From Neoconidiobolus thromboides FSU 785 (taxonomy: Eukaryota; Fungi; Entomophthoromycota), in contig MU626339.1 in the NCBI GenBank assembly GCA_025603075.1, forward strand, positions 26,843 to 90,842: DNA of 64,000 bases, given 5' to 3'. The notes beneath the pieces were generated by a model. The model saw nothing but the letters and a program-made list of their open reading frames with translations. It was not told the DNA's origin and did no database searches. Within the stretch, counting starts at the first letter, position 1. Each line of letters starts with the position of its first letter. Shown here piece by piece: positions 13,327 to 26,831 of this stretch. The position numbers and the translations under genes are program-made.

Positions 13327-14530
13327 ATGAAGCTAGTTTTAATAATTGCTTTCTTGGCAGCAATTTTAGTTGCAGAAGATAGATATGATCCTTTTTTTAG
13401 TAGTGGAAGATGTACTAAAATAAATAATAAGCTATATACATTTGGTGAAGAATTGATTACACTTAACCATTTTTGGCATCTTGACAACACAGGTTATAGT
13501 TTAGATTTGGACGCTACAATTAACCTTAGAAGCTCAAAAGCTCAACGGGAACATTTTTTTTATCAAAGGAGCCTAGTCCTAAATATCTAGTATACAGTGG
13601 TATTGGAAGTGATACAAATAAAATTGTTAATATATTTATAATACCAAAGGTGCCGGTGATATACAATTATGATATTAAAAATAAAAGCTGGGATGCCAAA
13701 GAAGACAGCTCAAAAGCACTCCGTCAAGCAACGAATAACTCAGAGAGTAATATTAGTATGCTTACTTTCTCTTCTTTAGTTGCTGTTACCCAAAATGATT
13801 CTAACTTAGATGAATACTTTTTATATTATAGTAAAGGCATACCGAAAGAGAACAATAATTCCGGTGGTGAATTATGAGTATATAATAAAAAAGAAAATTT
13901 GTAGAGACGCTTTAAAGATAGATTAGACTATATTGATATCCTAATAGTAGAAGTTTATAATAGGATACTTTATCTTATCAATGGAGAAATGGAACAAGAT
14001 AACAAAAGAGTATTTAAAATATCATTAATTAACCTCAAAGATGAATCGATAAATACCAAATTTATAAATAGTTCAACCCTATTACGTTTAGAAGAATGGA
14101 TAAAGCCTTATGCAAGAAATGCAAATTACATCTATTTTGTACAAGGAGAAGAATTTAACTTAGGTGTTTTTGATTTAGAAGAATTGAGTTGGCATTATAC
14201 TTTATGGTCTCCTAATATTAAAGTAAAGGTTCAACATATTGTGGTTTATAAAAAAGATTTGTTGTTTTCATTTGCAACTTATAATGATGGCGATAAATCT
14301 ACCCCAGTTATTTCATTAGAAAATAGGCAGTTAATTAATAGTGTACCCTTTCAAACTGTTTATAATGATACAAACAAAATAATTGGTGGGGTTATTGGTA
14401 GTCTATTGGGCCTATTACTTGTTTCTTTTGGATTTACGTCTATGTCAGAAAAAGAAATAATAAGCCTATTGTTCCAAGTTATTTTAGAAAAAATAAATAT
14501 AGCTTTGTAAATGATGCATTTCAAAGTTAA
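13327..14530 (+). pseudogene. Disrupted secreted Kelch/beta-propeller protein with C-terminal TM helix
   Basis: Signal peptide MKLVLIIAFLAAILVA; Kelch-like YDIKNKSW and GGEL*VYNKKENL*RRF with stops at Trp positions (13875, 13902); 1-nt frameshifts in T-runs near 13555 and 14434; TM IIGGVIGSLLGLLLVSFG followed, after frameshift correction, by basic YVYVRKRNNK. Confidence 0.75.
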
Positions 14531-16513
14531 TTAAAGCTATAAAATACCATTTTCTCCCTTTCAATTTCCTCTTCTCACACTAAAGTAATGTCCTATCATA
14601 TATCAACTCTCCTTGTAGGCCTTTACCCTAGGTAGGTGAACCTCATTTTAACTGAACTCAGACTTTCCATTACTAGGCTCACCCGGAACAAGAAAGCTAC
14701 AATCAAATCACTAACTCCCACCTTTTTGGCTATCCTCAATCGTGATATAGTAGAAGTATTTGCCAACTTTTGCAAAGCCCATGCCCTATTTGGTTTTATC
14801 CATCCTTAACCATAATTTTCATCTAAGTATTCTAAATTAATAAACATAAAGTCCTTCAGCTTTTGAATTTAAAAATAAAAACTCATAAAGTATATTAATT
14901 ATCAATAATGGCTTTCAATAAGTCCTAGTTTTGTTTTCTGATCTCCTAACCTATAAAATGTTCTACCCAGAAGATAGTGTCCAAATTCGGACTATGTCAT
15001 AAATCGACATTTTTCGATTTTTTTTCTTCCTAGTCATATTATCTGTTATTTCCCATAGATTGACATCACAAAGCCCTTCTATTCTTTGAAATTAAATAGG
15101 GCTTTTAGCTACATTCATGATTTTTATTGTCTATTCCTTTCATATTTGAGTTTTTCATAATAAAAGACATTTTTTAAATATTCGAATCTAAGTTTATTTA
15201 CGAAATTAGAGGGTTTTTCATAGCGGTTTATAAACAGCTATAGCTAAAACTGAGATAATGGTGAAGCCATAAAAGGCAATTTTAATATTTTATTTTACTT
15301 AAGGTTTTTATATTAAGTTTGTTAAAATCATAAATCATCAAAATCTATTAGCATTTTAACAAGATCAATGATTACTGTATTTAATAAAGTTGATTAATTT
15401 TCAGCTTAAAAATTATTAAAACTTAACTAATCTTTATTAAGCCAATATTCAAAAATGCCCTAAAAAAATTAGCTTTAAGATATTTAATATTCATTTTATT
15501 TATAGTTGAAGCTGTTCTTGTCAAATTTTGTAATAGATTTTTTACTTATTCATTAAAAGAATTTTTTATTGTTAAGACTAATTTAATCTAACATGATTCT
15601 TGGTTCTAGATTAAATACCATTCATGTGAAGATCCAGCTTTTTATTGTTGTTATAATATATAAAGTGGTTTAACTTCTGATACAAATAGTTTCTTTAAGA
15701 AGTTCTAGTTATCTTTTTTAATGCTTTTCTTTGTGGAGTATTATAATAACTTGCTCAAGTTTCACTTGTACTAATTCTAACATTTTATAACAATCTTCCT
15801 TGATCAAAAAGAGCTTTTTGTATTACTTTGTTGCATTTTTCTTTTAGTTATAGTTATAACTACCTACAAAGTTTTATAATAATCTCTAATCCTATTTTTA
15901 TTGACTTAATATTTTATAATACTTATATTGAGTATATATATAGTCGATGACAGTTTATTTTTATTAAATAGAATTTACCCTTGTTTACTAATAAATGGTT
16001 CAATAGAATGCTTTATTTAAATGTGTAAATACTTATTTCGTTAAAAAATCCCAAAAGTATTGTATAGAAATATTCGATTGTAGCACTCTATCTCGAAATT
16101 TATAGATCTATATTAAATGATGTAACTCAAAAATCTTTATTAGGAACTACTTTAAAGTGTGAAATTTATTAACCCTTAAGGTTTTTATTGATACATAAAA
16201 AAAGAGAACTGTTAAAAAAAAGAAGGCTATAAGAGTGGGCATGAATGACTAACAAGCTATAAAAAATACAAAGCCACACAAAAGATTCAGATTTGGTATA
16301 CAAATGGCATAAATCTATCATCATATGAATCAATGGTATTGAAGCACTAAGTATTATTGTTTGAAAATATTAAATCTAATCTCTATTCATTCAGTTTAAA
16401 ATAACCATAGTTACTTTACAATATCTTTAAATTGTTTAAAGTTAAAAGTCATAAATCCTTTTATAGGAATAGAAAGTAATGTTTTTGTAGCGAACCTAAT
16501 TAGCATAATGTAA

Positions 16514-17200
16514 TTGTTAAATTTTAAAAAGCATATTTTCTTTTCCTTTTTTAACATAATTAACGAAAACCCTTTGGCTTACTTATGTCGCATACTAGGC
16601 TTATTTAGTGTGATACTTAGTTCACTTTTAATAGCTATAGGAAGTGGGATACTCCATCTTAAGCCTGATATCAAATTGATTGTATCAGTTGCTATAACAG
16701 AATTATTAGCTTCATTTATAGTGTTAATTGATCCAATAGTGACAACAATCAGAGAAGATGATTCAACAAACGAACCATACTTTTATCAATTCTTTGGATT
16801 CTTCATTATGCTTTTATTTTTAGCTCAATTAATATTCTCGTTATTTTTAGCAATCCAACGCATATTTAATACTAATATTCAAATACAACTATTACTGATA
16901 TACTCCTAGCTTAGTTTCTTTATTAGCCCATCTTACTTTATCTATTATCTTAGCTACTAGATTAGAATTAATGCCACAAGCAGTTAAACTATTCTACTTA
17001 CTCCATCCCTCCAAGTTTTTACTATTTTCAATTGCGTTTCACTATAAAATGGTTTAATCAATAATTCATATTATTATTATCATTCATTGTTATACAAAAC
17101 TAGCCATGCTCACCAATGTCATTCTCGAATTTATCAATATGAACCTAAACAATTGTATCAACAACAGCAAGCCATCAATTAAAATCCATGGAGCAAGAAG
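16514..17200 (+). pseudogene. Decayed rhodopsin-like 7TM receptor gene (different family from the 36-64 kb GPCRs)
   Basis: TM1-TM3-like segments, SVAITELL (TM2-like), LAIQRI (DRY-like), TAG at the expected TM4 Trp (16907), then frameshift and stops. Confidence 0.5.
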
Positions 17201-17461
17201 ACGGTAGTCCCACGAATTTATGACTCACCTGTATTATATCCTACTTGCATGCTTTCTGGTTGTGTATTTTTTATTATAAATTCTTTTCTTGTGTAGAATA
17301 GTAGAAATGTTGACTTACAGTATGCCTTGGGCTCCATTTCATCCGTATTATTTCTCCTGGGATTATTTTTTAATTCTTTGTTATTTGTCACTAATCACGC
17401 TACTACCAATAAGAAAACTCTCAAAATTGGAAAAGAATTTTTCAAAATTTAGAATAATATA

Positions 17462-17559
17462 GGAGGATGTATTTTTGTGTTTAAGAATTTTAGTAACCAT
17501 TTTTCCACTCAAATAGCACTTAAAAGTTGGAAAAAGTGATGAAATCAAAAAACATCCCC
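17462..17559 (+). mobile_element. MITE copy
   Basis: GGAGGATGTATTTTTG...AACATCCCC. Confidence 0.85.
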
Positions 17560-17773
17560 ATAGCATTGTAATGTTTTGATATCACTGACTTTTCCTAAAA
17601 GAACGTCAGCCATAAAAATAAAATATTATTTAGTATAATCATAAAATTCAATCAGTTCAGGAAGTATCCAAATCATTATTTATTACTTTCTAAATTTAGT
17701 AAATCATGTAGAACTAAGTTTGAATAAATACTAGGTTACTATTTAGTGTTATCTAAGCTATTAAGATACATAT

Positions 17774-17864
17774 GGGAATGCATTTTCTAAGGATTTTACT
17801 AACAATCTTTCCACTCAAATAGTGCTTAAAAAATGGAAAAGTAATGAAGCCAAAAAACACCCCC
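17774..17864 (+). mobile_element. MITE copy
   Basis: GGGAATGCATTTT...AACACCCCC. Confidence 0.8.
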
Positions 17865-19303
17865 ACATCAAACTTTTCTAAATATATATACGGCTTAAAG
17901 TTATCAGCTTAACCAAAATGATATTAGTAATAAGTAGAAATATAAACAAAAGTAGTTTAGTAATTGTTGTTAGTATTAACATTAGTGCTATAGTTAACAT
18001 TAGGATTAGAAGTATGCCCAAAGCTAGAGAAAATTATTTTATTTTTTAGGTTGTGATTATTTTTAAAAAATAAAAATATCACATTTTATAACTTGCCTAC
18101 TCTGTTCGTAGCTTATAATAAACAAACAGTATTTTCAAAATAGTTCTTTATAAAGTTTATTAAGATTTTTATATTTTACTATTTATATAAGTCTTATGGA
18201 ACTTGGTAATAACATATAGTTTTATGACAAAAGTTTGAAAATTATAAGAAGGTTTAAATAATTTTTTTATTCACTGTAAACTATTGTAATTAACTTAGCT
18301 TCTTTCTATTGGTATATTTTTTAATCAAATAAAAGCAAGAGGTTTACATCTTATTTGTAATCATATAAAAACTCTGTAAAATAATCGGAGCTCATTGCTA
18401 TCTATAAAGTAATTTAATCTACATAATAACCAATTTCTTAACTTTTATCATACACACCTCTTATAATTTATCATATGACCTTTCCGATACTCTAGTAACA
18501 GCGTTTTCAATTTATGTGTATGGGAAGTTATTTCAGGACTATAATAGCTATCTTTAGCGTCCTATAGATCAATAGGTTTAGTAATCATACTTAGCGGTCT
18601 TCGTTTCCTTACTTTATGTTTATAGAATACAAATAATGTGACTAATGTTATTAAAACAATTTTACCTATATCATGAGTGAAATTAAAAGGCTTTAAATTC
18701 AACTTTTTTTAAACTTTAATTCTTGTAAATAAATAACATGTTGCTTTTAAAATAGCGATGTTGACACTGAAAGCATTGTGAGTATAAAATTCAATACCAC
18801 CATTATTAATAGAAATAATTACTAAAGTTTATAGTTTTATATAGGCTTCAATACAAAGAGCACAATCGAAATATAGTTGGAATAAAAACTCTGTCTATAA
18901 TTTTATCAATGTATCACGAATTACAAGTTATGGCTAAGAATGTTATTTATCTATGGAAACAATGGGTCAAAGTTTAATAAATATTTACAATCATTCATAA
19001 GCTTTTTACTATAGTTAATTTTAAACTAACTATAACAATTAAAATTTTAATCTGAAACTACAAAAACATTTAGCTTTTCGTAACATTCGCCCTCACTTAA
19101 AAATCACACTTAGGCCTAACAAAAAGGATAAATATTTATAGTAAAAGTTAATAAGCTTCAAAAAAAAAACTAAGGTCAAAAGAACGAAATCAAATTAAAA
19201 GATCATCACTATGAAAATCAAGTGAAAAAAATAAACAGAGAATATAAAACCAAAAGCAACCAAATATCTTCTTTATTTACTAAAATCAATAAATTTTGAA
19301 GAT

Positions 19304-19522
19304 ATGAAAATAAACTATAACTTACTATTATTGACTTTGTTAGTCATTACATGTTTAAGTATGGAATTGGTATCCAGTTTACCAGCTAAAGAAAGAGAGA
19401 ATGATTCTGAAGTGACCTCTGCTAAGCCCAAGAAATCAAGTGGTGTTATAAATTTAATCTTTTCTGCTCTTTACCAAGTGCCTTTATTCTCAAGATTTAT
19501 TAAAGCTACCTATTCGTCTTAA
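19304..19522 (+). CDS. Small secreted protein, 72 aa
   Basis: ATG at 19304; hydrophobic signal peptide ending VSS-LP; TATAAAA about 60 nt upstream (19243); clean stop. Confidence 0.7.
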   Translation: MKINYNLLLLTLLVITCLSMELVSSLPAKERENDSEVTSAKPKKSSGVINLIFSALYQVPLFSRFIKATYSS

Positions 19523-20649
19523 ACTTATATTACTGAAATAAACAAAATTTACTTTCTTTTAGATTATACGGTTTAAAGAATATTTGCTATAGGAAAGCTA
19601 TTATTTTATTCTAAATTATTGTTTTTACATGAGCTTTGGCCTTTAGAGATTGAATATTATATACTTAGACTAAATCTCAAAATGACCAAAAGCAATGTAC
19701 TTAATAATAAACCTTTATAATTAAATTATAATGGAATCTTAAGCCCTAAGATTGCATTCTACCAATATCTAGAGCAAAAAAAGATTTTAGGCTTATAATG
19801 ACAACCTATCGATTAAAGTTTATCGTCAACTTTATTTATCAAAATAAGATCAACTTCAAATAGTTGTTTACACGCTATTGTGTTGGTCAATGTTGTTAGT
19901 CAATAGCATTTAAAATTTAAAATATTATTATACTACGAATGCTTTTATATCATTTTTGTAAATTCTATTATTAAATCTTGATGTAATTTAAAAAATAAGT
20001 AACTTAACTTAAGAATTATAATTTTATAAATAGCAGTCCAACTTAAACAAAGCTAAGCCATTAAGATTCGATCGCAGTGAAATTCATTGGAATCCTTGTA
20101 TTGTTGTGATGACTAACATGTATTTTTTTATCAAAGTTTTAAATTATACTTACTATTGGAAAAATTTAGGTGCAACTTGTAAACTTTAAAGGTGATATAA
20201 ATAGTTTAAACCATATATTAATATAACACAATGTCAAGCTGTATTCTGTCAAGAGCTATATAGAATATAATAAAACTATAATATAAATAAACAATAGTGC
20301 TAATTGATAAAGTTTGATATGATAATTTGAAAAAAGCGGAGAAATCTAATTCTTACTGTTTTAGTAAAAGATATTATAAGATACTTATATAATTAATCAG
20401 ATGAATTCAATACTACCACAATCCTCTACTGATCGCTAATATAGTTGTTATACATCCATTATACTACTATCATTATCTCAATTTACCAAATAAAGTCATA
20501 TCAAAATTTACTTTTCTTACATCTTCATAAACTTAATTTAAACCTCATCAACCAATCAATTTTATTAAACTCATATTTGTTTTAAAATAAAAATAAAAAT
20601 TACAAGACCAATTTAATCTTTACAAAATCAACTATTTTAATTTTTACTA

Positions 20650-23600
20650 ATGAAAGGCAAAAGGGATAAAAAAGCCCCGGTCAAGCGATTAAAAGATGTA
20701 TTATATGGGCCTAAGGATAGCAATAGCTTTTTAGATGATGTTAATCGTGGGTTAGTTTTTCGTAGTAAGTTCGAAAATACAAGTCAGCTTGTACAAGAGG
20801 AGCCAGGTAGGTATTAAATTAAATAAAACATAATTTCCGTTGTTTAGATTAGATTTATTTATTTTTTAAAAATCACTATTTTTATATTATCATTTATTAA
20901 TGTTTTTATTCTAGCTGTTAAAAATCCACTTCCAGGAGTTCCATTTCATTTACAAGTAACCAATAAATTAATCTTTATCCCTATTTTATTGATTTTAATT
21001 TAGGATCATACTGTTATTGTAGATGCAGATGAGATAGCAAAAGCAAATGTTTATAAAAGAAGCCTATTTAGGGAGCCAACCAGTACCAAAGGGACACTAC
21101 AAAAAGAGAATACAATCAAAACTCAATACAATTTGAATAAAGTAAAAGCAAGAAGGAAAAAAAAAGAATTAAAGGATGTGATTTATAACAATCAACAAGA
21201 AAATCCTAACAATATTGTAAATAAAGCAGAGCTGAGTAAAAAAAATGATGGTTTTGAGGATAATGACCCAGAGAAAAGAGTTAAAGTAATAGAGGAAATT
21301 TTAAAAAGAAATAATGGATTCAATCCCATTAAGAATTTGAACCAAAATGAAAGCGAGGTTTTTGGGACTAAAGTAAACTCTTATATAACTAAGGAATCAC
21401 AATTATTTCAAAATAAAAATGTGGATAGGGATGTGAGAGAGACCGATAATACAAATAGGGCTATAAATAAGACCACGAATTTGACTTCTAATACAACAGC
21501 AAATCAGAAGAAAAAAGAAGATAAAGGAAAAAAAGGAAATCAAATTGAAGTGTTAAATATTTTTGATAGCGAAAATGAAGAAGAAAATTTGAACGCAAAA
21601 GGATCCGTTGCCTCACAAAATAATAGGAGTGGTATAAACTCAGATTTAATCAATACAAATGGTAATCAACATGAAATAGCTAATAATATGAACCAAGAAA
21701 TATCTACTTTTGACCAACAAAATGTTGGAGTTTTCAATAATCAAAACATGGAAGTTTATAACCCATCTAATAATCAACCTAATTATGAAAACAAAGAAGC
21801 AGTATATCGAGCGGATGAATTTTATTCGCTACCACCACGTAGACCGGATATCTGGTATAGTCCATTTCCAGTTGATCCACAAGCCAATTTGGGCGACTTT
21901 GATTTTGCACCTGGGGAAGAAGTGGATAATGAACATATATCTACAGATCAATATGATAATTTACAATCTGAAAATCCATATCAACAATCACCTGGTGATT
22001 TATTTAGTTTAGAACAACCTTATTTTAATACACCTACTCAGCATGATAATCATGCAGATTTGAGAGAAGTGAGATATCAGTACGATATTGAAGGAGGAAA
22101 CAAAGTTGGACACGCGGAAATAGGTAAATAGAATATACTATATAAGTATAGCAAATTAATTCAGACTAAATAGATGTGGCGAGAGAACACGTATATGATA
22201 GTGATTATCATCAGAATAATCGATATAATAAAGAACACATTAAAGTAAATGAAAAAAGTAAATTGGAACATTATAATAAAAGCATCAATATGAGTGATTT
22301 CATAAATTTTGATTATACTGAAGCTTCTTTAAAAAATATATCAAGAAATGGATCAAAACATAAACACATTTCTGGATCTAAAAAAGTAGATTATCGATCT
22401 ATGGATGAAAATAGCGGTAATATTTTGGAAGATATGGCAGGTGACTATAATATTAAAAAGAACCACGAAAAAAGTGTTGAAATTCCATCAAAGGGAAATG
22501 TTTATCAAGATAAAAATAAGCTTGAAGAAGACCATTTAAATTTTAACGTTAAAGAATGGGAAAGGTACAAAAATGATATACAATATGAAATTGAAGAGGA
22601 ATATCCACCAAATGACATGATACAGGTAAATCCTGAAGATAATAATAGTATTGATAGTGATGATGATGAACAAAAGATGAGTGCTATTGAGTGGAGGAAG
22701 TTTAAAGAGGATAATGAATATAGTTTAGATGAAATAGATGAAATAAAACAGAATGAAGAAGGTTCAATTATTAATAGTGACGAAAATCAAGATGAGTTGG
22801 ATGCTATTGAATGGGAAAAAGTTAAAAATGATTTATATGAAGAAGAAGAGGAAGTCGAATTGAATGAAAATCATGAGAATCAAAATCAAAATTGGGATGT
22901 TATGACAAGTGATAAAGAGATGATTGATGGCAATCGAATAACTGGAGTGAATGAAGTAAATGGTCTTGGAGAGATTCAACATAATCATGATACCAGTCTT
23001 AATGCCTCTAAAAGGAGGACAAGTGGTGTTATATCTAATAAAAGCCAAAGCTTAATAAGCCCAAGTAAAACTGGAATGCTTGTTTATGGTAAAAATTTTA
23101 GTAAAGAAAAGAGTAGTGATCTTGATAATTCTGAGAGTAACAAACTATCTAAACCTAGAAGTATAATTGAAGGAAATAGTAAATTATCTAATAAATTTGA
23201 TAAATCGATAGAGTACAATTCATCTAAAGAAATAAAAATGGATAACCATAATAATTCAAAAGATAAAAATAGATCAGCCAATAGCAGCCGTATCTCTGAG
23301 AGGAAAAGTTTATCTAATAATAGTGCTAGTTTTTCGAGAAGAGAAGGGAGTGAATTGGCTGATTTGATTCAAGATAATAATATAATTTTAGATGATGATA
23401 TGATAAATGAAGAGAGTTTGGAAAAGATAAGTGCCAAAATTAAAGATAAGATAACGGATAAAGGAAATGATAGGGGATCAGATCAAGAATCAGATGAATT
23501 TGAAAGTTGGATGAAATTCAAAGAAACGATTGATTATAATATTGAACAAGCAAATAGAGCAATTAATAAACCGGCTTATTTACCAAAAAAACCAGCAGTC

Positions 23601-25225
23601 AAAAACAACTCTATTAATAAAGAGACCTTATCCTCTAATAGAAAAGAAGACACTCTATCACAGCATAAAACTATCCTAGTTCCTTTAAAGGAATCTAATT
23701 TATATGATCATGATTTACAAGGTAGTCTTTATAATAATTCAATCAATATAAAATAAAATTATTTAGCTAATAACAAAGTAGAAGCACAAATGACAACGAA
23801 ACAAATTTATAATTATTTAGAACCTTCACCTTTGATCTATTCTACCAAATTATCTAAATTTTTAGGTTGCCGTGTATTATTAAAGATGGAAAATACATTG
23901 CCTGGTCAAACTCATAAAATACGTGGTCTTATGGACTGGGTAGTGGAATCAGCCAGGCTCAATGGAGCGCCATACAACATAGAACCTATTGAAATGGTAA
24001 TTTCTGGCTCACCAAATCGATGTCTTGCAGGTTTAGCTGCAGTAGAAATTTATAATGAAGGGGTGTTTCAAATGAATAAAAATATAGTGCCTCCACCGCT
24101 GAGTTTGACCGCTATCTTGCCACATTGTGCAAATCGAGATATCATTGAAAAATTAGAAGAAGGGGAAGTTAAAGTTATTAAGATTGGGGAAGTAAGTTTA
24201 ATATTTAATAAACGATGATAATAAGTAAAGAATTTTATAGAGTTGGGAAAATTCGGATTTAGCAGCTGAAAGATATGTAACTAAAATGAATACAGATGCT
24301 AAATGGAAACCAGATAGAAGTCCACAGACCCATACTATGATCCCATTTCCTCAAGCTTCTCACCCTTTAGTTACTAAAGGTTACAATGCTGTTGGTAAAG
24401 AAATCATAACCCAATTAAAAGGAAAGATACCAGATGCTATTTTATGTCCTGTTGGTACTGGGTCTTTATTGGCGGGTATAGTTGGTGGTATTAGTGAAGA
24501 TTCAAAGATGGGAGAAGGTAAATAGTATTTTTTAAATAAAAAATTAAGAAAGGTTAATATTTTTAGTGCCTATAATTGCAGTGGAAACAAATACTACGGA
24601 TACTTTACATTGTGCCATTCAAGCGGATAAATTATGTAAAAAAAAAGAAATGAATTTACCAAGAAGAAATAATGATAATTACGAATTTGATAATGTATTA
24701 TCATTAGCAGATCCTAATTTAAATCCATATGCTTTTAAAGCAGCTTTAAATCATCCAATTTTACCTTTGGTTATTTCAGAAGCTATGGCAGCTAATGCTG
24801 CTATTCGATTTAGTGAGGATCATTATACCTTAGTAGAAGCAGGTAATTTTTAGTTTATATATTTCAATTTATATTTATATTTATATTTTTTGGTAGCAAG
24901 CGCTTGCGCTTTAGCCCCCATCTATGATGAGTTATTACCAAAACTAATTCCTACACTTAAGCCAACATCTACAATAGTAATAGTAATTACGGGAGGTAAT
25001 TGTATTACATATAGTAAACTAAAACGATTAAAAAACAAATTTACCAAACATGTAATACAAGCTAAATCTGGTGAAGAATTTTTATTTGAATTACCTGAAT
25101 GTGAAGTTAAAATGAAAGAAAATAAGGGAGTGAATCTTAGTAATTTAAATGGAGATGATAAAAGAAAAAGAATATTAGTTATTAAAGAGATCGAAGCATT
25201 GGAATGTAAGAGAAAAGTTGGATAG
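20650..25225 (+). CDS. Predicted 8-exon gene (~1,385 aa): ~960-aa N/E/D/K-rich low-complexity region plus C-terminal PLP-dependent serine/threonine dehydratase-like (PALP) domain
   Basis: Exons 20650-20806, 20915-20955, 21004-22123, 22174-23721, 23782-24191, 24241-24517, 24567-24842, 24897-25225 join in frame via GT-AG introns; PALP motifs PSPLIYSTKLS, LKMENTLPGQTHKIRG, CPVGTGSLLAG, IIAVET, ITGGN. Confidence 0.75.
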
Positions 25226-25467
25226 TAGGAGTAATGGACTTTATTTATTGAGACTTTTAATGTGTTAATAGTTTTTAAATATTTAATTGTAAATCAAAGA
25301 GGTTAAGTGGAAGAATATTGATATTGGTTTGTGAAATCAAATCAAGCTAAAAAAATCCATATGCTATTAAATTGAATCTCAAAATGGATTACTTAATAGT
25401 TTAATATGAAAATAAATAATCAACTTTTACCTTGTTTAATTTCATTTTTATTTCTATATTTAGTCTA

Positions 25468-26831
25468 TTAATTTTTAATTTTTAAATCTTCCAAAGGCCA
25501 TTTAGGTATAAAATCAATAGAATATTCATCAAATAAACCTAATTGATATCTTTCTACACCAGCCCAAGCTATCATTACACCGTTATCTGTACATAATCTA
25601 GCGGGTGGACAAAATAACGGGATTTGATTTTCAGTAGCTATTTCATTTAAACTAAAAGTATTGATTAGATAAAAAAAGACATATAGTAATAAACAATTAC
25701 CCTTCTCTAACTTTTAAGTTGGAAGCAACACCACCTGAAGCAACCAAGGATTTAGGTCGAATATTTAATTTTTCACATTCTTTAAACCCTAATCTTAATT
25801 TTTGTTTTAAGTGCTCAACTACCGTAAATTGAAAAGAAGCGGCAATATCCGCTTTAAATTGTTCTTTATCATTATCTTCTATTTGATCCATTTTATTTTT
25901 GACAAAGGTAGATACCTGGGTTCTTAATCCCGAAAAACTAAAAGCGATGGAACTCCTTCGGTGCATATCATTCATAGGAATAGTAAATTGATATTTCTCC
26001 TTATTTCCATTTCTAGCTTTCATTTCTAAAGCTGGCCCTGGACCACCGCCAATAATATTTTCTTTGGCTAAAAAGCCTTCTTTTTCAATTGGTTGATTCC
26101 ATGGTAAACTTAATACTCTCGCTACTTTATCATATGCCTCTCCTATACTTTCATCTAATGTTTCCCCTAATAATTTATAATCTCCAACTCCCTTAACTAC
26201 TACTATTTGAGTGTGTCCTCCACTAATCAAAAAACAAAGATATGGAAATTCCACTTTTTCATATTCACTTAAACGTACCGTTAATGCATGAGCTTCCTAA
26301 TTATTATTAGCTATAACACGGTCAAAATTATTATCCTAATACCTACCATATGGTGTACTCCAATCAATGGTTTACTGTTATAAAAATAAATAAGTTAACT
26401 TTAAATTACTTAATTATTTTAAATAAAATAAAATATTAAATTTACTTCAAAGCAGCTGCTAAAGTTTTACTAGCATTTAACCCTACTGATAAAGAAGATG
26501 GTAAACCTGGCCCACGAGTAAAAGCAATAGCATCCATATCAGATATACTTTTATTGGCTTTTTTTAATACATCACTTACTACGTAAGGTAAGTTTTTGAT
26601 ATGATGCTTCAGTGCTAAATTGGGTACAATACCACCCATAGGTTCATGAACTTTGTATTGGGAAATGGTACTTTCAGCTAAGATAGCGGCATCCGAAGTT
26701 ACGATTGCACATGAAGTGTCATCACAGCTGGTCTCTATACCCAAGATAGTAAATCGTTTTTTTATTGTCGAAGTGGTTAGCCTTCGTCGAAATATGGATT
26801 TTGTCAATGCAAGATTGAGCCTTGGTGGCAT
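25468..26831 (-). CDS. QRI7: Mitochondrial tRNA N6-threonylcarbamoyltransferase (Qri7/OSGEPL1, Kae1/TsaD family), multi-exon
   Basis: Arg-rich presequence, LGIETSCDDT, GGIVP, TRGPG, HHMEAHAL region, LLISGGHT, DESIGEAYDK, FSFSGL, SGGVASN, DNGVMIAW, ending WPLEDL. Confidence 0.92.

Noticed and set aside
13875-16909. Stop-codon reassignment or restorative A-to-I editing (TGA/TAG at Trp positions)
   Set aside because: The same pseudogenes also carry frameshifts, intact genes use TGG for Trp, and TAG ends VAC14 and the dehydratase gene; ordinary decay is simpler
21710-23281. Overlapping ORFs 21710(+), 22833(-), 23084(-)
   Set aside because: Shadows of the low-complexity exons of the 20650 gene
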